Shown one piece after another: positions 10,201 to 17,775 of a stretch of DNA of 64,000 bases. The notes beneath the pieces are model-generated. The model saw only the letters and a list, made by a program, of their open reading frames with translations. It did not search any database and was not told the origin of the DNA. The DNA is from Nitrosarchaeum sp. GTDB lineage: Archaea > Thermoproteota > Nitrososphaeria > Nitrososphaerales > Nitrosopumilaceae. How positions within the stretch are numbered: position 1 is the first letter of the stretch; each line of letters starts with the position of its first letter. The stretch spans positions 640,001 through 704,000 of the forward strand of contig OZ245020.1 of assembly GCA_965223865.1 (NCBI GenBank). Reading direction: 5' to 3'. A program made the position numbers and the translations under genes.

Positions 10201-10275
10201 TTATTGTTGATTATATCCTCTGTTTTCAGAAATGACAAAGGACGATTTTAGTATCGGTAATCTTTCCCATACAAT
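10201..10275 (-). pseudogene. Isolated C-terminal half of a type B microprotein, in inverted orientation
   Basis: IVWERLPILKSSFVISENRGYNQQ* versus FVWERLPILRSSFVVSENIK* at 3176-3238. Confidence 0.6.
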
Positions 10276-10405
10276 ACATGCTGTGCTCCCAGTCAAATTT
10301 GAACTGCTAAAATATGCCCAATTTTTATCTGTCTTTCAATCCTAAATAAAATATACCATCAAATTATCAGCACATTTCAAACTAAATTCTAGTCTATACC
10401 ATAAT

Positions 10406-11278
10406 ACGGCCAAAATAAAATATATACAAAAAAATTTTAGAAACAAGACAAAAGAGCTATTAGATCACATCATTAGTATAATAGAAGAATATGAAGTGAT
10501 GGGCTACAATCTTACGGTAAGACAAGTCTACTATCAGCTTGTATCACGAGATATAATACCTAACAGTCTTGGTTCATACCAGCTTACAAGTAGGGTTCTC
10601 AAAGATGCCAGAATGTCTGGATTAGTTGATTGGGACACCATAGAGGACAGAGTAAGACAAATAATCATGCCTAGTGAGTTTGATGACATCTCAGAGTTTA
10701 TTGATGCTGCCATAAGCTCGTACAGATTACCCAGATGGAAAGACCAAGACCATTACGTTGAGGTGATTGTGGAAAAAGAGGCCCTTGCTGGAATACTACA
10801 ACCACTGACAAGAAGATACCATGTGTTGTTGCTTCCAAACAAGGGATACTCATTTGCTAGTGCAATTCATGAGGCAGCTCAGAGAATCATATACAATACA
10901 ACCAGCGACAAACAATGCCATATTCTGTATCTAAGAGACCATGACCCAAGCGGTATTGATATGGTTCGTGACATTAAAGACAGATTATCCAAATTACGTT
11001 GTACCGTATCAGTTGAAAAGATTGCCCTTACCATGGAGCAGATAGAACAGTATGATCCTCCACCAAATCTTGCCAAAAAGTCAGATCCAAGATCAAAAAA
11101 GTATGTTTCTGAATATGGAAACAAGTCATGGGAATTGGATGCCCTAAAACCTGAAGTTCTAAATGAACTGGTTGAATCTAACATCAAAAAGTATCTCGAT
11201 ATGGAAAAATACGATGATATAGTATCTCAGGAGAATAGTGAGAAAATGAGACTAGTTGAACTTTCTGAGGATGTTTGA
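10406..11278 (+). CDS. Topoisomerase VI subunit A-like protein (Topo Mini-A type: winged helix plus Toprim), possibly decaying
   Basis: LTVRQVYYQLVS (candidate catalytic Tyr), VEVIVEKEAL, LYLRDHDPSG, KIALTMEQI and WELDAL. The frame is open 30 codons upstream of GTG 10496 to an ACG at 10406. Confidence 0.75.
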   Translation, partial: TAKIKYIQKNFRNKTKELLDHIISIIEEYEVMGYNLTVRQVYYQLVSRDIIPNSLGSYQLTSRVLKDARMSGLVDWDTIEDRVRQIIMPSEFDDISEFIDAAISSYRLPRWKDQDHYVEVIVEKEALAGILQPLTRRYHVLLLPNKGYSFASAIHEAAQRIIYNTTSDKQCHILYLRDHDPSGIDMVRDIKDRLSKLRCTVSVEKIALTMEQIEQYDPPPNLAKKSDPRSKKYVSEYGNKSWELDALKPEVLNELVESNIKKYLDMEKYDDIVSQENSEKMRLVELSEDV

Positions 11279-11287
11279 GGGGTTTTG

Positions 11288-11404
11288 GATTCAAAACCTC
11301 AGTTCACAGATTCGGTTCATTGTTCTGGTTCATAAAAAATGCCATATTCTATGTATTATAATAAAAAGTGTGGGAACTATGCCGGTGAACCACATTTGTG
11401 AACC
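11288..11404. repeat. 13-bp-phased inverted hexamer array around an AT-rich core (origin/centromere-like)
   Basis: GATTCA 11288, AGTTCA 11301, GGTTCA 11314, GGTTCA 11327; AT-rich spacer; GGAACT 11373, TGAACC 11386, TGAACC 11399. Confidence 0.7.
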
Positions 11405-12815
11405 GGCATAATTGAGATTTTGTGTATCTGATCTTGCTCTATGTCCATCGTATCTAATATTTCTTGAATCTTGTCCTGAGTGTCTGCATAACACCAGACT
11501 TCAATTTTTGAAAACCATTTCAGATTCTTTGTCATGTTTGATTTGATCTGCTCTGGATGTGATCTTATCTCCTGCGGAGATTCTATCTCTATTGCTGCTG
11601 CATTTAGTATGTCAAATCCCTCGTTATCAGGTATTGGTATTGCAATACAGTCTGGCTGCTCTATTGAGATGTCCTGTTTGAGTGCCTCAAAGTAGTTCTC
11701 GCAATCAAGATGATGTTTTTTGCTTGTTGTATGAGATAAAATGACTTCATGCCTCCTTCTCTTTGGTTCTCAAGTACTGGGTTGAACAGCCTGTCAAGTT
11801 TTGGAGACAAGTCAAACTCTATCCTTGATTCGCCCTTTTCCATGGTAACCAAACCAAGATTTGCCAGGTTTTGCAGCCGGGATTTGGCATCAGACTTGTT
11901 GACACCTGACAGTCCAGATATTTGCGACAGATTTGGCCTGTATGATTTGTCAGAGATTTGCCTGTTTTGCAGCAGATTGTACATAACGATGCACAGCTTG
12001 TGAAGCTTTGGCCTGTATCCAGACAAATTTACAGATATCATGGAAAGTATCTTTTGGCTCTTTTGGATGTCAGTTGGATATGACGATAATGATGATGTGC
12101 CACTTTGTTCTGGGCTTGTCTTTACTACGTCTGCAGTGATGCTGTCATCTTTAGGCGATTCTGTATCATTTGATGTATCTTCAGAGTCATCATCTTTTTC
12201 TTCTAATAACACCTTGATCTCATCTACAATCCTGTCGGCCAGATTGTCATTGCCAGTTCTGCACATGTCAAGTGTCTCATCACAATACCTGTAGAGTCTT
12301 GGAATGTGTTTCTCTATCTCCTGCTTTGCTGAATCTCTGGCATAGTCTTTGATCTTTTGGTCTATCTGCAGCTTTTCTGCAAAGCTTGCCATATTTGACT
12401 GGATTGATTTGGCATTGTTGTCGTGGTCTGTTTGTATTGTGTCAGCTGTGTCTTTGAGGTAGGATATTGCCTGTGATAATTGCTCAGATATGGAGTTGAG
12501 ATCAAACCTGAACAGATCTGTACCTCTCTCTGTTCCTTTTGAGAACATTATCCATGATCCCAAAGAACAACTACCAGCAATTGCAGCAGTTATTACTCCG
12601 TCGTAGTTGGCATCAATCCGTATCAGTGGAAGTATGACCATTCCGTCATAGATTGCAACAACAAGTATTGTGATTACTCGCACTGCATTTTCCTCTAGTC
12701 TGATTTTTTGCAGCTTGCCTGCTTGTATGGAACCGCCTATCGCATATGGTAGTCCCATTGTGGCAACAACGGCAGCAATCAGAAATATCACATCTAGCAT
12801 TTGTGGTTCAATCAT
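11377..12815 (-). CDS. Membrane-anchored coiled-coil/winged-helix protein with a PD-(D/E)xK-like C-terminal domain in the -1 frame
   Basis: 384-aa ORF (3 hydrophobic segments; wHTH LSQISGLSGVNKSDAKSRLQNLANLGLV). At GCA AAA AAC (11723-11715) the -1 frame stays open for 112 codons (EQPDCIAIP...AIEIES...KNLKWF) to TAG at 11377. Confidence 0.65.
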
Positions 12816-12913
12816 TGTTGATGTGACCTCCTACTCTTTGCAGTCCCATATGTTGTTGTCATAGTGATGATGGTTGTGACAATGTGGTTCTTTTTTCCTG
12901 AACTTTTCTTCAT
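12812..12913 (-). CDS. 33-aa leader ORF translationally coupled to the membrane/wHTH gene
   Basis: MKKSSGKKNHIVTTIITMTTTYGTAKSRRSHQQ*; TATA-like TTTTAAAT about 26 nt upstream; TGA overlaps the next ATG. Confidence 0.4.
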   Translation of the reverse strand: MKKSSGKKNHIVTTIITMTTTYGTAKSRRSHQQ

Positions 12914-12959
12914 ACAATAGTATGCTGGTTTATTTAAAAGGCAAAAAACTGCAAAGGGT

Positions 12960-12976
12960 TGCTTTTAAGCAAATCA
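12960..12976 (+). promoter_or_regulatory. 17-bp repeat copy 1 (TGCTTTTAAGCAAATCA) overlapping the TATA box of ORF 12989
   Basis: Perfect inverted copy at 14714-14730; internal dyad TTGCTT-TT-AAGCAA. Confidence 0.7.
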
Positions 12977-12988
12977 GAATATTAGATT

Positions 12989-13324
12989 ATGAAAGAAAAT
13001 AACCGGAAAATTCTGACTGCAGAGCTTGCCAGATTACAAAAGATAACTGGATGTATGTACGGGTTTGATCTGGTGTGGAAACCTCTTGCTAAATCAAACA
13101 TTGAAGGTAAGGTTGAGGAAAACACAATCACGATACACTCAGAAAATATCAATGATGCCATAGATACACTACAACATGAGTTTATTGACTATATGATCAG
13201 CCAGTCAATTCATCCATATGTCGCATTGGTAAATTCACTGATATCCATAATATCAAGACAAGCATACAAGACAAAAGAGAATACAGTTGAGGGTTTGATA
13301 AAGATAATCAATTCAAAAAGCTAG
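12989..13324 (+). CDS. Small metallopeptidase-like protein (ImmA/IrrE-like, HExxD variant)
   Basis: IEGKVEENTITIHSE..DAIDTLQHEFIDY; convergent with the integrase, stops overlapping in CTAG. Confidence 0.55.
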   Translation: MKENNRKILTAELARLQKITGCMYGFDLVWKPLAKSNIEGKVEENTITIHSENINDAIDTLQHEFIDYMISQSIHPYVALVNSLISIISRQAYKTKENTVEGLIKIINSKS

Positions 13325-14691
13325 CCAACCTTTCTTCTAATTATTATGCGATTTTTAGCAAGTTCCTTGATTGGCTCCCAGCCCTGTATTATATGAGACA
13401 ACAGTTGTTCATCATCCGTAACAATCTTTCCATCATATGGTTTTGGCGATTGTATCTTTTTGATTATCTCATGTCTTATCTCTTCTGTTTCTTGTTCTAT
13501 ATCGAACATTTTTCCTGTAGAGATTCGTTGTTTTTCTATTTTGATTTTGAATGGATCAATTCCGTAAAGCTTTGCTTGTTCTTTCCACATCTCAAGCAGC
13601 ATTTCCTTTTTGTTTTGTATGTTGTTTTCTGTGTTAATCGTACACAAGAATTGCTGGCTGTTTATGTATGCTCTTCTCATGTCTGCCATCATCTCATCAG
13701 TCAGTATGCCCTTGTTAGTTGTGTATCTTGCTTCAATGTCTCCCTTGTGACCCATAAAGAACTGCCTGTATGCATGAGTCATCTTTCCATGACTTTCGGC
13801 AAGTAGCAGTTGTGTGTCAAAGTATGCTCTGAGCACGTACGGTCTTGTCTTTGTTATGCTCCATATTGCCTTTCTGATGTCGGCTGTGATTCTGGGAGTT
13901 GTGATGAATCTAGTATTATTTTGATTATGGTTATTTTTCCTTCCTCCTCTTGACTGGTATCCTTGCTCTATGGTTATCAAAGGAGTATCTGAATCCAGCT
14001 TTTCTCCTTGTGCAATTCTATTTCTCAAATACCCAAGAACATATTCGCATCCTTCAGAGGGCAAAAATGTAAAGTACTTGTTCTTTGTTTTGCTAAGGGA
14101 TTTCCTGACAACTATCATTGCTGGGATGTTTTTGAATGTGATCTTTTTGCCATTTGATTCTATTATCAAATCAGGCAAATCTTCCAGTTTAAGGCCGTCT
14201 GTCCCATCAGAATTTCCCATAACTTGCGGTCTAATTCCTGAAAAGGCCATCAGACTGATGCTGGTTCTAGTTCTTGGACTTGACACATTGAGAATTGATT
14301 GTAGCTGCTCTTTTGTTGGAACCTGTTCATCTTGTATGCTTACTGGAATTCCAGCATTTGCAATTTTGATTTTTCTTTTTGGTTCGATATAGTTGAATAC
14401 CAACCAAGACTTTATCGATTTGATTATTCCCTCAACGTAATTTGGTGCATAGTTCTGTGATTCCAGCCAAGAGACATGGTCCAGTAGAATGTTTTCTATT
14501 TTTATGACATCTTTCTTTCCAATCTTTACAAGAGAAGACGGTGTCGTGTTTGTTCTAATGCAAAACAGGTTCAACCTGCGCAATCTAATCTCTGCATTCA
14601 GCTTGCTTCCCCTGCTGGTATTCTGATACCAACGCAGCACATTTTTGTCTTGCAGGAGATTCTTTGCAGATTTTTTACTTTTGATTTTCAT
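13321..14691 (-). CDS. int: Tyrosine recombinase/integrase
   Basis: LMAFSGIRP (R), SKTK (K), RPYVLRAYF (R), FMGH..DIEARY (H, Y); adjacent to the tRNA 3' end. Confidence 0.93.
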   Translation of the reverse strand: MKIKSKKSAKNLLQDKNVLRWYQNTSRGSKLNAEIRLRRLNLFCIRTNTTPSSLVKIGKKDVIKIENILLDHVSWLESQNYAPNYVEGIIKSIKSWLVFNYIEPKRKIKIANAGIPVSIQDEQVPTKEQLQSILNVSSPRTRTSISLMAFSGIRPQVMGNSDGTDGLKLEDLPDLIIESNGKKITFKNIPAMIVVRKSLSKTKNKYFTFLPSEGCEYVLGYLRNRIAQGEKLDSDTPLITIEQGYQSRGGRKNNHNQNNTRFITTPRITADIRKAIWSITKTRPYVLRAYFDTQLLLAESHGKMTHAYRQFFMGHKGDIEARYTTNKGILTDEMMADMRRAYINSQQFLCTINTENNIQNKKEMLLEMWKEQAKLYGIDPFKIKIEKQRISTGKMFDIEQETEEIRHEIIKKIQSPKPYDGKIVTDDEQLLSHIIQGWEPIKELAKNRIIIRRKVG

Positions 14692-14713
14692 TTTCTCTCC
14701 ATGATATCATATT

Positions 14714-14730
14714 TGATTTGCTTAAAAGCA
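14714..14730 (-). promoter_or_regulatory. 17-bp repeat copy 2 overlapping the integrase TATA box
   Basis: Reverse complement is identical to 12960-12976. Confidence 0.7.
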
Positions 14731-14751
14731 GGTCTCGAGTTCTGGAGAGTA

Positions 14752-14826
14752 TGGGCCCAAAGGGCTTCGATCCCTTGACCATTGGATTAGAAGTCCAACA
14801 CTCTATCCATGCTGAGCTATAGGCCC
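14752..14826 (-). tRNA. tRNA-Arg(TCT), probable integration target
   Basis: Cloverleaf GGGCCTA...TGGGCCCA; anticodon arm TTGGA-CTTCTAA-TCCAA. Confidence 0.95.
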
Positions 14827-14859
14827 AAGAATCTGGAAAGTAATTACCATTTTAAGGGT

Positions 14860-15723
14860 TTACAACCACTTTTTCATATAGTTCTCTCTTTCCATTTTAA
14901 AAAGAAATTGCTGTGCATATCCTGCAAATGGTCCAAAATAATCAATTATTTTTTCGTGTAAGTTTTGATATTGTTTTTCAGTAATTGATTTTGTTTCAAG
15001 TTTGAATGTGTTTGAATAATATTTTTCTAAAATTCTAATCATCCATCTATCCAATGGAAATGCATTTAGTTTTTCTAATGAAAAAAGTAATATGCAATCA
15101 GCAACTTTATTCCCCACACCTGGAACCGATAAAATTATTTCTTTAGCTTCTTGATAACTACATTTTTTCAGATACTCAAAATTAATTTTTTTTGATTCAA
15201 TCATATTGGCAGCCTCAAAAACAAATTTTGATCGATATCCTAATCCACAACTATTGATTTCTTCAATTGATGAGTTTGCAATCGATTTGGAATTTGGAAA
15301 TAAATAAAACTCTTTTTTATCAAATTCGATTTTTTCTCCTAGCTTTTCTGATAGACTCTCAAGATTTGATTTTATCTTCTGAATATTGGAATTTGAAGAC
15401 ACAATAAAAGAAATAAAACATTGAAAAGGATCTTGCCTAAGTATTCTTAATCCCAGATATTTTTTCACTGCTAAACTGACAACCTTGTCTTTTGAAATTG
15501 ATTGGATTATTTCTTTCATATTGTCTTTTTTTCTAAAAAAATCAACTCTGTGATTTTGATATGATGTGATTTGACCTGACTTGTTTACCCTAAAAATATC
15601 TTGTCCATTTACTCCATACCAAAAATTTTTTTGTTTTTTCCATAAAAAGACCTGACCACTATTGATTGTATTTTCGAGATTGATTTGATTAAAGCCTGTC
15701 ATTTTAGACAGAAATTGTCTCAT
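14860..15723 (-). CDS. ogg: 8-oxoguanine DNA glycosylase (Ogg1 family)
   Basis: LENTINSGQVFLW, LRILRQDPF, GLGYR, PGVGNKVADCILLF, FPLD and AGYAQQFLF. Confidence 0.9.
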   Translation of the reverse strand: MRQFLSKMTGFNQINLENTINSGQVFLWKKQKNFWYGVNGQDIFRVNKSGQITSYQNHRVDFFRKKDNMKEIIQSISKDKVVSLAVKKYLGLRILRQDPFQCFISFIVSSNSNIQKIKSNLESLSEKLGEKIEFDKKEFYLFPNSKSIANSSIEEINSCGLGYRSKFVFEAANMIESKKINFEYLKKCSYQEAKEIILSVPGVGNKVADCILLFSLEKLNAFPLDRWMIRILEKYYSNTFKLETKSITEKQYQNLHEKIIDYFGPFAGYAQQFLFKMERENYMKKWL

Positions 15724-16969
15724 TTATTGCTGGGGCATATGCCTCCAAACCAAATTTTTCATGAATTTCTTGTGCAAATTTCTCACACGATTCTGTATCT
15801 CCGTGTACGGTTAAAACTTTGGGATTTCCTTTAATTTTTTTAATTAATTCAAAAAGCTCATTTCTATCTGAATGTCCAGAAAACTCAAATTGTTTTACTT
15901 GAGCTAAAACATTGAGGTCCTTTCCACGTGTTAAAACTTTTCCTGTTTCAAGCAATTTTCTTCCAGGTGTTCCTTCTCCTTGATATGACACTAAAGCAAT
16001 ACCGTTTCTATCATCAAAGGCAAGCTGTTGTAAGTAATAAACTGCATTTCCTCCTACTAACATTCCAGCTGGAGAAATAACTACACATGGTTCTTTCATC
16101 ACTCGTTTTCTTTCTCCATGCTCTCTAATTGAAATTGCATTATTGATTGCATCTGCAAATATTTTCGGATCTCGGAGATACTCAGGGTGTCTAAACATTA
16201 TTTCATTTACCTTTAATGCCATTCCATCCATGATAATTTTGTGTTTGAAATTTGCATTTTTTAAAATACACACAATTTCTTGTGAGCGTTCAACTGAAAA
16301 TGATGGAATAAAAAGAGTTCCTTTCCTATCTATTACCTCGTTTGCAAACTCAATTAATTGTTTTTCTGATTCTTTTCTTGGAATTTGTTCTGTTTGTGAG
16401 TAAGTACTTTCAGTTATCAAAAGATCAATATCTCCTACATCTAAATCTGCTTCACGCAACATTCTAGAACCATGAATTTTGATATCTCCAGTATAGAACA
16501 GTCGCCTTTTTCCTGATTCCACTAAAACAGTGCTTCCTCCAATGACATGTCCTGATTCTCTTAACTCAAATGTAGCATTTCCCTTAGTTATTTTTTGTTT
16601 GAATCCAATCTCTTTTGAATTTCTCATCATATTGTTTAATTCTGGTATGTCAAATGGGTGGGAATTTTTTTCAATTTTTAACATATCTTCAATTAATAAT
16701 TTTGACAAATCAAATGTTGGTGGGGTAGCATATACATCTGTATTGCCACTAACAAAAAGAGAGGGTACATTTCCAGAATGATCAAGATGGGCATGAGTGA
16801 TAACAATTGCATCTAAATCCTTTGGTTTTACATGAAGTGGGTATTCTGGTGGCGTTCCACGTCTACCAAAAAGCACTCCATAATCTAATAGAATCTTTGT
16901 ACCCTCACAATTAACTAAAAAGCCTGAACGACCAACTTCATTTGCCGCACCTAAAACTTTAACATCCAA
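15704..16969 (-). CDS. Beta-CASP metallo-beta-lactamase ribonuclease
   Basis: GAANEVGRS, THAHLDHSG, GHVIGG, ESTY and FSGHSD. Confidence 0.9.
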   Translation of the reverse strand: MDVKVLGAANEVGRSGFLVNCEGTKILLDYGVLFGRRGTPPEYPLHVKPKDLDAIVITHAHLDHSGNVPSLFVSGNTDVYATPPTFDLSKLLIEDMLKIEKNSHPFDIPELNNMMRNSKEIGFKQKITKGNATFELRESGHVIGGSTVLVESGKRRLFYTGDIKIHGSRMLREADLDVGDIDLLITESTYSQTEQIPRKESEKQLIEFANEVIDRKGTLFIPSFSVERSQEIVCILKNANFKHKIIMDGMALKVNEIMFRHPEYLRDPKIFADAINNAISIREHGERKRVMKEPCVVISPAGMLVGGNAVYYLQQLAFDDRNGIALVSYQGEGTPGRKLLETGKVLTRGKDLNVLAQVKQFEFSGHSDRNELFELIKKIKGNPKVLTVHGDTESCEKFAQEIHEKFGLEAYAPAINETISV

Positions 16970-17083
16970 GGAATAAATTGAATTTTTATCAACGTTAAAA
17001 CCTTCTCACATATGGATCAGATCATTATGTTTAGTAAAGAATCTACAAAAGCTTTAATTAGTGTAAGCTAAGATCCAATCCAC

Positions 17084-17296
17084 ATGGGAAGAAGCTTCCA
17101 AGAATGGTTAGGACAACAAGATCAAGCCGTCGTTGCCAAAACACGTGCAGGCGACGAAGCAAACAAACCTCTTCTTAACCAATTAAACTGGATTTGGGTA
17201 AACAATCTGATGAATCAGAAAGCAGACCTAAATCCATCTTCAGCTGAATTACTTGACTGGGTAACTTCTGGTCAAATAGACGCAATGAGAAAATAA
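17084..17296 (+). CDS. Conserved thaumarchaeal hypothetical protein (70 aa)
   Basis: Clean ORF with TATA about 30 nt upstream and a T-rich terminator. Confidence 0.75.
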   Translation: MGRSFQEWLGQQDQAVVAKTRAGDEANKPLLNQLNWIWVNNLMNQKADLNPSSAELLDWVTSGQIDAMRK

Positions 17297-17435
17297 ACGT
17301 GAAAATCACGTTATCTTTTTGTTTTTTAACTTACCTTGTGTGAACCTTGCGCATGATTTTTGCCGATCAATTTCATAACAGGGTTATGAATTTCAATCAT
17401 GGTTTAAATAGTAACCAAGCAATGATCAACTTGTA

Positions 17436-17738
17436 ATGCCAATAGCAATACTTCCAGACATCGATGAACAAAGATGTATCGGATGCGCACTATGTGTAGA
17501 AATCTGTACTTCTCTTGGTCCTGATGTCCTTAGAGTAAAACCTGTTGAAGGCTGGAAGAGAGGTAAAGCATTTGTATTTTATCCAGAAAGATGTATTTCT
17601 GACGGTGCATGCATCGGTGTATGCCCAACAAAATCAATCTTTTGGATGAGACCAATGAATTACACTGCTGGACAACCAGTTCCTCTTCACAAAAACGGTG
17701 TCTTCATCAAGGGTTGGGCAGAAGACGCAGCACTATAA
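17436..17738 (+). CDS. 4Fe-4S dicluster ferredoxin
   Basis: CIGCALCVEIC and CISDGACIGVCP. Confidence 0.93.
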   Translation: MPIAILPDIDEQRCIGCALCVEICTSLGPDVLRVKPVEGWKRGKAFVFYPERCISDGACIGVCPTKSIFWMRPMNYTAGQPVPLHKNGVFIKGWAEDAAL

Positions 17739-17775
17739 GCTGTTTCTAAAGCACACACTTTTTTCTTATTTTTAA

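Larger units (their letters stand above)
1..14751. mobile_element. Right arm of a tRNA-Arg-integrated element (cryptic integrated element or provirus relic); left boundary outside the window
   Basis: Full-length tyrosine integrase directly downstream of the tRNA-Arg 3' end. Cargo includes a phage-type methylase, Mini-A topoisomerase-like gene, an IS and many pseudogenes. Core genes begin abruptly after 14826. No duplicate of the tRNA 3' end seen in the window. Confidence 0.85.

Noticed and set aside
10496-11278. Wadjet (JetD) anti-plasmid system
   Set aside because: Toprim similarity only; no jetABC/SMC genes nearby, and the RQxYY N-terminus fits Mini-A better.
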